Source of the DNA: Chiloscyllium plagiosum | Lineage: Eukaryota | Length of the DNA: 64,000 nt | Assembly: GCF_004010195.1 (NCBI RefSeq) | Contig: NC_057728.1 | Location: 40,734,376 to 40,798,375 of the forward strand | Direction: 5' to 3' | Shown: positions 1 to 12,150 of the stretch, one piece after another | Layout of the letters: the number at the start of each line of letters is the position of its first letter | How positions within the stretch are numbered: position 1 is the first letter of the stretch | The notes under the pieces: generated by a model | What the model saw: the letters and a program-made list of their open reading frames with translations, nothing else | Databases searched by the model: none | What the model was told of the DNA's origin: nothing | Translations under genes and position numbers: made by a program

Positions 1-1654
1 TCACTGCCATCCCTCTGAAAGTAACCTTTTATGAAAAAAAACTGGGTCTAAAGAATACAACAAGCAAAATGCAGCACTTATCTACTTACCACAACGGGTC
101 TTATTATTTAGGTTAGAGGAGGAGGGCGGGTGGGAGACACTACCTCTGTAGTGCCTCGGGTTCTTCTCCTGCGCGCTTTTAAAGGGAAAAAAACCTACCC
201 GGCTGCCCCTCTGGTCTTCGTCACTTCCCCCTGCTGCTCCCGCTCTTTCTGTAAAGAGAGAAAAAAACACCGCTGCCCGCTACCGGTAAGTAATTTTAAA
301 ACAAACTGTCTTACCTTAGCTGCTGCTCGCACTCAAAGTGTCCTTACCTCAGAACAAGGAGGTCTGTGCTGAGGTGCCATCTCCTCAGGAAGGTAATAAC
401 ATCTCTGAAAAGTCTGATGAGAAGATACCATCTGAGCACAAATATGACTGTGGTCGTTTGAATCTCAGCCCTAAGCAATCGCTGTGTTTTTCATACAGTA
501 CCCTAGTCCCAACCACTTCCATTAATGCTTTTCTCTCCTTTAGAACTTCACTGCAACACAATTCTGTAATTCCAATCCTAACAAAACCATGGATGTCCCT
601 ACACCTTAAGAACTCCAGGGGTTTTAGCAGGCAGCTCATCACCACCTTCTCCAGGGCAATTAGAGATGAGCAATAAATGCTGGCATAATTAGTGCTGGTT
701 AAACCCCGGGAACCAATAATAAATGTCAGAAGTGGTGATTCATTATATTATTTCATTGTACAATGAATAGTGAATAGAGTTTACATGGCCACAGCTGCAA
801 GATCTTAATTAAGATTGATAATCGACAAATAATAATCATGCCACAAAAGTATCAGGCAATGACCATCTCCAAAGTCTAATTACCTCCACTTGTTATTCAA
901 CGATGTTACCATCTCTCAAGTTCCTATCAATATTTTGAGTGATGATGGGCAGGGCGGTTCATCATCGACATAAAACTCGACTTGGGTTCAATGGCAGCAT
1001 TGCAATTAATGTCCACACCCTGAGAATGAATAATAAAATTGTTTTAACCTTTGTCTGTAATAATTTAAGCATTCCTATGCTATGGTAGACATTCCACATC
1101 CTCCTACTGTCAATATTACAGCACAGCACATGAGCATTTTGTAACAATGAACCATAGGTTTCCATGCATGGCTAAGTGAGACAGAGTAGTAAGACTTGAT
1201 TTGTAAAAGCCTTATAGTAAATAGTTTCTTGATTTATGTTTTGCTCCAAAAGCTCACCTAACAGCACATAATTAAGATTCTTCAAATCTGGTCATATACC
1301 ATTTGTTGAATCACCATTGTGGAGACATTAATAGTAACAAATAGATGGTCCTATTCAGGTCTGTACATGCTTTATTGAGATGACCTTTTCTCTTATCATA
1401 ACTTGCTGCAAACAATTTGAGTGCACATTAAAAAAAAACACCAGACGTTAGTTGGATTTATTTCTGTAGGATGAGAGAGAGTACATCTCCTTGTACTGAA
1501 CATGCAAAAGCAAAAAGGCAGAATTCCTCCAGCCATTTCTTTTGAACAGCCTTCAGCAATTACTATAAGGATAACTATAAGGTTTAACCAACGGTGGGTC
1601 TGGAGTCACATGTAGACTTAAGGGTACCAGTGAACCTAGTAGATTTCTCCAAAG

Positions 1655-1995
1655 GGGTGGCTCAGTGGTTAGCACTGCGGCCTCACAGCGCCAGGAACCC
1701 GGGTTCGATTCCAGCCTCGGGCGACTGTCTGTGTGGAGTTTGTATGTTCTCCCCGTGTCTGCGTGAGTTTCCTCCAGGTGCTCTGGTTTCCTTCCACAGT
1801 CCAAAGATGTGCAGGTTAGGTGAATGGCCATGCTAAATTGCCTATAGTGTTCAGGGATGTGTAGGTTAGGCGCATTAGTCAGGGGAAATGTAGAGTCATG
1901 GGGGAATGGGTCTGGGGAGTTACTCTTCAGAGGGTCGGTGTGGACTTGCTGGGCCGAAGGGCCTGTTTCCACACTGTAGTAATTCTAATTCTAAT
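1655..1995 (+). mobile_element. tRNA-derived V-SINE (shark HE1-like)
   Basis: A box tggctcagtgg, B box ggttcgattcc, V-domain, CR1-derived tail, aattct repeat. Confidence 0.9.
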
Positions 1996-2779
1996 AAGAC
2001 TAGTGCCTTTCTCAAGTTACATTAGGACTATGTTAAAGCAATAATGGAGCGGATAACAATATCCAATTATAATTCCATGCCAGAAAAATTCTTGGTCATG
2101 CATTCACCCCCCTCATGTTTTTAAAATCTCATTTGCTCAAAATTCAATTAACTGTTCCTTCAAGCTCAAATTAATTTGACAGTTATAGTTGCTTGCTTTA
2201 ACCATGCTCTGGACCAAAGTCCTTTTGAATTTGGCCCTGAGGTTTTAAAGATATTTAAAGAATGTGTTACCTCAGGTGGGGGTCTAAATAGGACTGCAGT
2301 AGGTCAATTGTTACCGCTGATGCTTGCAAATACAAAGACTGGAGCACAGAATCTTAATTCCTGTGTCACTGCCAAATAGTAATCTTGACAAATGTTTGAA
2401 GAAAATCAAGCAGACCGTCAAAACTGAGGAATGAGGTCAGAGCTAGCTGGAGTGGGCTGAGAAAGCAGGTTAGCAGCAAAGCTGAGGAACAATTAAGAAA
2501 ATAGTTCAGAGCTCACCAAAAAGATATATCCCAGTAAGGAGGAAGGATTACAGGAAGGAGATAAGGCAACCGTGACTAACCAGGGGAATAAGTTGGCATA
2601 CGTTAGGCTGTCTAATAAGAGCCCATGGTTCTGCACTAACGGTTCACTGGGCTTGAAAAGTGAACTTTCCTTTCTCTTCATAAATCTTGCCTGACCTGCT
2701 GAGTTTCTTTTGGGAATTTCTGTTTTTGTTTCAGAAACTCAGCATCTGCTGTTCTTTGTTTTATTTAAGATTTCGTGGT

Positions 2780-3975
2780 CTTGGAGATGGTCTATTAGCA
2801 TGGACAGAGGATTGGCTAACTAATAGACAAAAGCCAATTTATTTGGGATAAGGTGGGGGGTGGGGGGCGGTATTTTCATGAAGGCAAACTGAAATTGTGG
2901 AATGTCACAAGAGTCAGTGCTGGGACAATAATTATTCATTCTATATAAAAATAAATAGGTACTACATATCTATGACTTGGATGAGGAAGGTGGATGTATT
3001 ATAGACAAGTTTGTGGATGGCACAAAAACAGGTTAAAAAGAAACTGGGGAATGTAACAAATAATCTGCAGAGGGATAGAGACAGGGGAAGCGATAAGGCA
3101 AAAACTTGGCAGATCAGGTATAATTTGATAAAATGTAAGGTTATGCACTTTGGCAGAAAGAAGAGCTGGAAATTATTTAAATTGAGAAATATTGCAGAAA
3201 GCTCCAGCACAGAAGGATTTGGGAGTGCTCATGCATAAAACACAAAAAGCTAGCATGCAGGTTCGACAGGTAATAGGGAAGGCAAATTGAGTATTGACGT
3301 TATTTCAAAGAGTATAGAGTATAAAAATAGGGAAGTCTTGCGAGTATGTAGATAGATAGACCACAGTTGAAATACCAGGAACTGTTTTGATCACCTATCC
3401 CGAGGAAAGATATACTGGAATTTGAGGCATTCCAGAGAAGGTTTTGTTAGTTGATCCCAGGTATGAAAAGATTATCTTATGAGGAGCGACACTCTGAAAG
3501 CTAGTGTACTTCCAATTAAACCTGTTGGACTATAACCTGGTGTTGTGTGATTTTAAACTTATGAGAGGTTGAATGAGTTGGGCCTGTATTCATTGAAGAA
3601 TGAAAGGTGACTTGATTGAAATATAAGATTCTTAGGGGACTGGACAGGTTGGTTGCAGAAAGGTTATATACCTTATTGTAAGATTCAAGGTGCAGACAGA
3701 AAGTGATTACCCAGTTGGAAGGCTGAAGAGAATTTTCTTTTCTTTATCAGAAGGTAGTAACTCTGTAGAATTCTTTTTCACAGAGGGTTGTAGGAATAAG
3801 GTTGTTAAGTATAATCTAGGAATGAGGTAGACATATTTTTAATCAGTAAGAGAATCAAGGGTTATGGGGAAATGGCAAAAACGTAGATAATCTGTTTAGC
3901 TATGATCTTATTGAATGGTGAAGCAAATGTGATGGGCTGAATGGCCGACTTGTGTTCTCCCATGTCTCATGGTCT
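2780..3975 (+). mobile_element. CR1 LINE 3' fragment with a small Penelope-terminus insert (3484-3557, TSD CTTATGAG)
   Basis: KCKVMHFG motif, CR1-like 3' tail; direct repeat at 3476-3483 and 3558-3565. Confidence 0.8.
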
Positions 3976-5174
3976 TAAAGGTAAGCAACATAAATCTTGA
4001 AATCATGTGAAATGATCAAATAAAGAAATCATATACAATATCAAAAGTGAATGTACAGACAGATCTTTATCAAGATACAATGCACTCCTACCATTATACT
4101 ATTTGAGCAGACACGAAGATTTAGAGAAATCAGACTCCAACTTCACATTTATCATCCTAAAAGCTTCATCAAGTACATTTCTAGCAAACTCCTCAAGCAC
4201 ATTTTCTTCTCAAGTTAAATTTTATCCTTGATGTTAAATATTGATGGACAATGCAGTATTACATATAGGCCACATTATACAAATCCATCTAAACAGACTT
4301 CAGACCAGTTATAAAGGAACATAACAGATTTCAATCGCATTATTGACTTGAATTGACTGGGCAATACAACATACATTTTGTATCCAACTGTGCTTTTTAG
4401 TATGGAGTACATAAATCAAATGTATTCAGCATTGTGATTTCTGGCCATAATTGGCACAGTTGACACTGCTTGTTCTTACAAAGCAACATAACATTACAGA
4501 TTGCAATAGAACAAAAAGAAACAGGCATTATTCCAGAAAATTATTTCAACAGAATGACCTGATTACTCCAAACCTTTTTCAAAGTCTTACATTTGTTATT
4601 GATCAAGGCTACTTATGTGTCCTGCTGTTCTGATGGTTGTATCTTTAATGATATTTACTGAACTGATAACCTTCACAACAATAATAGTAAAAGAATGGCC
4701 ACCTATAATTCCATCTGTTTCCACACTGTAATCTAATCTAATCTAAATCTAATGTAACTCCAACAATATGCCATTTTCAAGTATTTAAATCTTATTTTGG
4801 TCAATTTATGTTGAAGTTGCAACATTCAAAGATTGAAATTCCACATAACTGTCTGTTGTCTGATGGGCATTACAGTACATAGCCAACAAATAATGCTGCC
4901 TACAGCAAATGGAGGAATTTGATAGTTCTGTTGTGGGATGTAAATCCACAGTGAGATATTGTATTCTAGGTCCCTTCACTAACCCACTCACAAGTGCTTT
5001 ACATTTCCCACTTACGAGCACTTTATGTTTATTCATTCATAATTCCTTTACTAACCCACTCACAAGCGAACACCACATTCCCGTTTCATTCATTTGTAAC
5101 TCCCTACTATTACACGGTTTCATTCATTCATTCATAAAACCATGGTTCTGTAGTATAGTTTACTATCATAAGAT

Positions 5175-5551
5175 AGGAGAAAGTGAGGACTGCAGATGCT
5201 GGAGATCAGAGCTTAAAAACGTGTTGTTGGAAAAGCGCAGCAGGTCAGGCAGCATCAAAGGAACAGGAGAATCGACGTTTCGGGCATAAGCCCTTCTTCA
5301 GGAATGAGGAGGGTGTACCAAGCAGGCTAAGATAAAAGGTAGGGAGGAGGGACTTGGGGGAGGGGCATTGGGAATGCAATAGGTGGAAGGAGGTTAAGGT
5401 GAGGGTGATAGACCGGAGAGGGAGTGGGGCCGGAGAGGTCGGGAAGAAGATTGCAGGTCAAGAAGGCGGTGCTGAGTGTGAGGGTTGGGACTGAGAAAAG
5501 GTGGGGGGAGGGGAAATGAGAAAGCTGGAGAAATCTGCATTCATCCCTTGT
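5175..5551 (-). mobile_element. Penelope-like element 3' terminus running into an assembly gap
   Basis: Reverse complement matches the 3' end of the 30734-32060 element, including the hammerhead motif. Confidence 0.85.
5270..5305 (-). ncRNA. Minimal hammerhead ribozyme motif
   Basis: Reverse complement of the same motif as 33026-33061. Confidence 0.7.
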
Positions 5552-6238
5552 NNNNNNNNNNNNNNNNNNNNNNNNNNNNNNNNNNNNNNNNNNNNNNNNN
5601 NNNNNNNNNNNNNNNNNNNNNNNNNNNNNNNNNNNNNNNNNNNNNNNNNNNNNNNNNNNNNNNNNNNNNNNNNNNNNNNNNNNNNNNNNNNNNNNNNNNN
5701 NNNNNNNNNNNNNNNNNNNNNNNNNNNNNNNNNNNNNNNNNNNNNNNNNNNNNNNNNNNNNNNNNNNNNNNNNNNNNNNNNNNNNNNNNNNNNNNNNNNN
5801 NNNNNNNNNNNNNNNNNNNNNNNNNNNNNNNNNNNNNNNNNNNNNNNNNNNNNNNNNNNNNNNNNNNNNNNNNNNNNNNNNNNNNNNNNNNNNNNNNNNN
5901 NNNNNNNNNNNNNNNNNNNNNNNNNNNNNNNNNNNNNNNNNNNNNNNNNNNNNNNNNNNNNNNNNNNNNNNNNNNNNNNNNNNNNNNNNNNNNNNNNNNN
6001 NNNNNNNNNNNNNNNNNNNNNNNNNNNNNNNNNNNNNNNNNNNNNNNNNNNNNNNNNNNNNNNNNNNNNNNNNNNNNNNNNNNNNNNNNNNNNNNNNNNN
6101 NNNNNNNNNNNNNNNNNNNNNNNNNNNNNNNNNNNNNNNNNNNNNNNNNNNNNNNNNNNNNNNNNNNNNNNNNNNNNNNNNNNNNNNNNNNNNNNNNNNN
6201 NNNNNNNNNNNNNNNNNNNNNNNNNNNNNNNNNNNNNN
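5552..6238. other. Assembly gap
   Basis: Run of N. Confidence 1.
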
Positions 6239-6633
6239 GTTGGAGGCTAAGGGGTGACCTTATAGAGGTTTATGCAATCATAAGAGGCATGGATAGGATA
6301 AATAGACAAGGTCTTTTCCCTGGGGTGGGGGAGTCCAGAACTAGAGGGCAAAGGTTTAGGGTGAGAGGGGAAAGATATAAAAGAGACCTAAGGGGCAACC
6401 TTTTCACGCAGAGGGTGGTACGTGTATGAAATGAGCTGCCAGAGAAAGTGATGGAGGCTGGTACAATTGCAACATTTAAAAGGCATTTGGATGGTTATAT
6501 GAATAGGAAGGGTTTGGAGGGATATGGGTTGGTGCTGGCAGGTGGGACTAGATTGGGTTGGGATATCTGGTCAGCATGGACGAGTGGGACCGAAGGGTTT
6601 GTTTTGGCGTTGTATATCTCTATGACTCTATGA
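6239..6633 (+). mobile_element. CR1 LINE 3' end
   Basis: RLRGDLIEVY...RTRG...FTQRVV and a ctatgact tail. Confidence 0.9.
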
Positions 6634-6649
6634 AACAGCTCACCTTAAA

Positions 6650-8530
6650 AATCAGGAGCTTGAAAAGAAGAACAAGAAACTGAAGGACAAGATAACAGTC
6701 TGGTCAATTTCTTGCCCGGTTCCCAAGCCCACAAAGAATTTGTACCTGGCAACCTGAGACATCCAGGAAGTGATTTGAAAATCCAATCTATTGCCCTTGG
6801 GGAACAGAGGACTCTCGCAGTGAAAGCGATGAGGATTGTATATCCCTGTATATCCCCTTAAGACCAGGAAATTAAAGATAGAAAAAAATGGTCAGGCAGA
6901 GATTAGAGGACGGCACTGAGGTGGATGTTCTGGTAGTACGGATTGAAATACACACTGTACATAGACCAGTGACACCTGAGAGTATAGACAGGTGGTCTAA
7001 AGAAATGCCACACCCAAAGAAGGGGCCAGTGAAGACATGGGAAAGCCTAGACTGGTTAAGGGGAATATATATACTCCATCCCTGGGATGGGGTACAGATT
7101 TTGAACATTATTGTAACTAAATGAGAAGGATGTGTTCTTGGAGAATAAAAGGTGCTCTTGGAGAATACGAGCAGGAGCTGCAAGCTGGATGGACAGCAAT
7201 AAAGCATTGGTATTGTCTGCAGAAGACTGATTAGACAAAAGTCACAGGTTGCTGTCAAAAACCGACTTAAGTCATCACAGAATATGAGGAAAGATTTAGG
7301 ATGCCCTGGAAAGAATATGCAGGAATCCCAAATATGCAGGATGACAGGGATTTTGAAGGTTGCGACTATGGCCTGCTAAAGTCTACTTTTGTGACCGGCT
7401 GTAAACCTGAGCTCACTAAAATGTTAACGCTGACTAAATTGGATTGGAACCATAGGGGGACTAACTATTATGACTTGGTGGACCAAGCCCACCAGCTTAA
7501 CAGAGATATGGGCGCCAAACTGCAAGCCATACAGATAGAACAAATAGGACAGGCCCTCAGTATGACCCAAGACAAATGCCCAGGGAAATGTTACATCTGC
7601 GGGAAGGCAGGCGACTGGGCCAATGAGTGTTGGCAAAGTTGAAAAGGGAGATGTCGTCTAACAAGCAATGAGGAAGAGGAGATCCTAAAAGCTGGGAGTA
7701 AGACCAATCCCTGAGAACAGTTTGAAAAGCTAACCATCCAGCAGCAGCAGGAGCTGATAAAAATGACAAAAAACTGTAAAGAACCCACCTCATGCTTCTG
7801 TATGCTCCTACTGGCTTTATGCCAGCAGAGGGGAGACAGACTGTATATGAACATTAGATCTGGGTATTAAGTGCCTTTTGGACACAGGAACAGTATCGAC
7901 GTGCCTATCCCAGAGGTATGAGACTAAACCCCTGTTAGATAGGACAGTGCAGACAGCTTATGGAGCAGGAGCTGGCAGGACTGAAATTAAAAGAACCAAA
8001 CCCATACACCTTGAGTTCAGCCCCCACGAGCTAATAACTTTTAGCTGAGTAGGACCAGTCACCTAGCCATTCCTCGGGATGGATATCCTCACCCAGCTGA
8101 ATTCCTCTTTACATTTTGATGATTGACATGTAATGTGGGCCATCAGAACCTTACAAAGGGCAGAATTAAAAGATCACCCCATTTGAGCTAAAGGCAAGGA
8201 AGACTGCAGGTTACTGAAAATGGAACGTATGTCTTTCACAAGAACATCTTCACCTTGTACTAAACAGGAAGAAGGAACGTTAATAAAAATCCACAGTACC
8301 TCAAATAGTCTGGTGTGGCCTGTCAAAAGGCAAATGGGGAATGGATATTAATTACAGATCACTGGAAAGCCAGATGGGCTGTCAAGACACTCCACACTGT
8401 CATGAAATTGGGAAGCCTACTCCTCAGAGCATTGGCGTAGGCAGTAGAACTACAGGCTCTGACATAACCCTGCAGAATAGCAGAGAATCAGTCTGTCAAC
8501 TTTTACAGAGACTCCTGCTATGCTGCCACC
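6650..8530 (+). mobile_element. Degenerate, internally deleted endogenous retrovirus (gag-pro-partial RT-RNase H)
   Basis: Gag-like RPVTPESIDRWSKEMPHPKK; zinc knuckle CYICGKAGDWANEC (7589-7630, His to Asp); protease CLLDTG (DTG 7881-7889) and FLGMDIL; RT start SNSLVWPVKR; RNase H A*AVELQALT*...VNFYRDSCYA (8435-8524); many stops. Confidence 0.85.
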
Positions 8531-11500
8531 TGTCATCTTATGACTGACGCCCTACTGTCCCATTGCAAAGTTGAACCGATGCTGACCAACATGGGCCTGT
8601 ATAACAACTAAGATAAACTAACTTTTTTTCAAAATTTATATTATTTTTAGAAACAGGATCTAACCTTGAAATTTTCCATAATGGCTCAGCAAATTTATAC
8701 AATCACTTGGTGAATAATCCAAAGGACTCAGGCTGTTTGTTAGCTGTTCTAAGCTACAGAGATGGGAGGGATGGTGCAGTCAGCCTTAATAGAGGGAAAA
8801 CCCGCCCCCTTGAAAAAGCTTCAAATGAGGCTAAAAGCTGGTTTCATCTATCGTGACAAGTAACAGCTGAAGAACATGCCAACATTCACAAATGACTTTT
8901 AAGTGATCAATGGTCATTTAAGTGTGGCATATTGGAGAGTACTAGAATCAGTAGACTCATAACCTTGCAAGGATTCAATGTATTTGGTTATGGGGAAGAA
9001 TGGTGAAACTTAATTAGGAAATAATGGCAAACCTCTTGGCTTGGCTGAGGTAGTCAATTAAAGGGAAGTAAATATTTGCACATTTATTCATCCAACTAAC
9101 ACATTGTAGTTCTATGTAACTGAGGATCAATATGAAATATTACTGCAGTAAATTAGAAATTCCATAAAACTCAAGTCTACATAATTTGAAGTATTCTGCA
9201 AAGATTAAATAGAGTAGTTAAATAATTCATTCCAAAAAGAAAACATCTAATTATGGATAAAGAAAGCAATCAAGTGAAAAGCATGATACAAAGATATATT
9301 TACAAAAATGCTACTAATAAGGATGCATTACATGCAGCAAGTGAGCCCCACTCCAGGGAGCATATACCTCTGATCTCCTGGGTTAATTAAAGAATAATAA
9401 CTTCATTTATCAAACACTCAGTCTTCTCACGGGGATGTCACTATACAATATTCCACTAGTCATTTTTCAGGCATGGCGAATTGTTTAAATATTTACCAGT
9501 CTGCAATTCTGCTAAAACTGAAAACCTTCAGTGAAATAACCCTACATACTGTGTACAAGTGGGTGCGCCAAAGTAATGTTCCTTAATCTTTTCTTGCCTG
9601 TGAAGATTTTATTGTGGCTTTGGTGTTGTGGTTAAAGTCTTCCCTCAGATTTCACTGTACCCACAGCAACTGTGTTAATATTCACAACTTGATGAAGCAC
9701 CACCAGGTTATCATAAGGGTCACAGTAGCCTTGTTTGAATAGAATCAATATTGAGCATACTGAAACCAACAACAAAAATAATTTTGAATGTTGGACTTGT
9801 GGATGTTGGAATGCTGGAAGTAGGATACGCAGAAAAAAAAGCTTGCATTTGTTCACAAAGTCAATATGACAAAGCTACAGGGGTGACTTTAATTTAATCT
9901 GCTGATCAGAAATTGCTTTAGAGCAGTTGCAACCACCCAGGCAACATACCTAACCCGGAGCCCCCGGCCTGTTGGGATCTTCACTGACTCCACTAAACAA
10001 GTAGCAAGAGCAGCCGCCCTTAGTCAGCACTTTAATATGTGCCAGTTGAGTTCACATTACCGTGCCAACACTGCCAAATGTACTGGAAAGACCAAGTAGA
10101 AAATCACAGTCAGCTGTGTTTTTTTTTAAAAATCATTCATTGTGGCCTTCACTGGCTGGGCCAACATTAATTGCCCATTGCAATTTGCCATTGGGAAAGT
10201 AGTGATGAGCTGCCACCTTGTACCACTGCAGTCCATTTTTTTATAGGTAAGAAGGGAGATGCAGGATTTTGATCCAGGAACAGTGAAGGAACCACAATAT
10301 ATTTCCAAGTCAGGATGGTGAGTGGCTTGGAAGGCAGATTGCAGATGGTGGTGTTCCCATATATCTACAGCTCTGCTGTTTAAGAAACCTTGGTGAAGTC
10401 TGCATTCTCACCAGGACAGTCCAATGTGGAAATGAAACAGGCTCATTAAGTGTTGTTCTTTAAGAAAAGAGATCCTGTTGATGTCAGAAGTACTTGAGTA
10501 TTCCCTTGGTGCAATCTTTTTCTCTCTCCTTCCCAATCATAGGGACATCTATCGGACATCCCAGCAGCTATACCCAGTGATTTACCTGTTCAGAGTCTGA
10601 TTTCTAGGCAGCACAGGTTCATGGCACTACCTGCTTGGGATAGTGGGAAAGTCCACATGTGCCAATTTGAAATGAATTAGGAATTCTAGCCCTGCTACTA
10701 ACTAAGCTCACCTGACAAAAATTAATTGAGAACACAAATTTGGGTCCACATTTTACACAGAAATACATCGCTATAAGAAATCAAACATAGAAATATGTCA
10801 TTCAACCGAAACAGTGGGTGTGTGCATGAGTGTTCACCCTCATCACAAGCAAATAGTTCTAATACATAAGAACAAACTGCCAGAAAGGGCTTCACTACAA
10901 ACTTCCAAAAGCATTTCAAAAGAAAACATTTGCAGGTAAATTCCAAACTGATCACTGAAAAGATCTAAAGATGTTTTGTAAAATAGCAATACAGTCACTT
11001 GGGGTAACGTTCATAAGATAAAAATCCAGTTTAAAAAAAATCCAGTCACACACACACACATTGTCACATCCTTAGTGACACAATTCAGGTCAAATTTAGA
11101 ATTTTAGACTGGACCTACAAATGTTAGGTCATTATTAGAAATGGCATATTGTAACAGGGAACAATGAAAAAGCAGGAAAATATGGTTAATGTAGACAATT
11201 TAACTTGAACTTCCAGCACAACATGATAGACCAAATCACCTCTATTCATGTTGTAAATTCTTATATTATCTTCCATTGCCACTGATAAAGTAACAATGAT
11301 TGCCAGAGGCAGCATTTAACAACTTGAGTAAAATTACAAATCACTTTCAAATGATACACAATCAAATTGAAATAGTCAAAGACTTGGACGTTTTATTTTA
11401 TAAAAGCAGTTACAGCTAAAAAGATGCTGGAAACTGCCATAGAATCTTTAAACAAGGATATGACAAAGTTTCTGGTCAGTCCAAATAAATGTCAATTATA

Positions 11501-11608
11501 AATCATTGGTGATTGTTCAGTTAGCATGTATCAAACTTCCTGGATAATACTTCAGCAAATTAGAAACCATGAAGGATTATTATTACCGAACAAAGACATT
11601 TTGACTTG

Positions 11609-12150
11609 TCATAGAGATGAACAGCAGAGAACAGACCCTTCAGTCCAACTCGTTCATGCTGCCAGATATCCTAAATTAATCTATTCCATTTGCCAGCACC
11701 TGGTCCATATCCCTCTAAACCCTTCCTATTCATATACCCATCCAGATGTCTTTTCAATGTCGTAATTGTACCAGCCTTCACCACTTCCTCTGGCTGCTCA
11801 TTCCATACATGGACCACCATTTGTGTGAAAAAGTTGCCCCTTAGGTCCCTTTCAAATCTTTCTCCTCTCACCTGAATCATATGCCCTCTAGTTCTGGACT
11901 CCCCCACCCCACAGAAAAGACCTTGTCTATTTATCCTATTCACGCCCTTCATGATTTTATAAACCAATGTAAGGTCACTCCTCAGCGTCCAATGCTCCAG
12001 AGAAAACAGTGTCAGCCAATTCAGCTTCCCACTATAAAAGGATATGGGTCAAGTGCTGGCAAATGGGACTAGATTAATTTGGAACATCTGGTCGGCATAG
12101 ACGAGTTGAACCAAAGGATCTGCTTCCATGCCGTACATCTTTATGATTCT
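11609..12150. mobile_element. Two CR1 3' ends in tail-outward inverted orientation
   Basis: 11609-12032 minus (ORF 11671..11967), 12037-12150 plus. Confidence 0.85.

Noticed and set aside
1655..1725. tRNA-like A/B box sequences (also near 28235, 42520 and 60650)
   Set aside because: They are SINE heads or decayed fragments without a full cloverleaf
7768..7774. A AAA AAC slippery heptamer in the gag frame of the ERV
   Set aside because: The -1 frame hits TAA immediately and does not match the protease frame; the sequence is too decayed to infer a recoding mode
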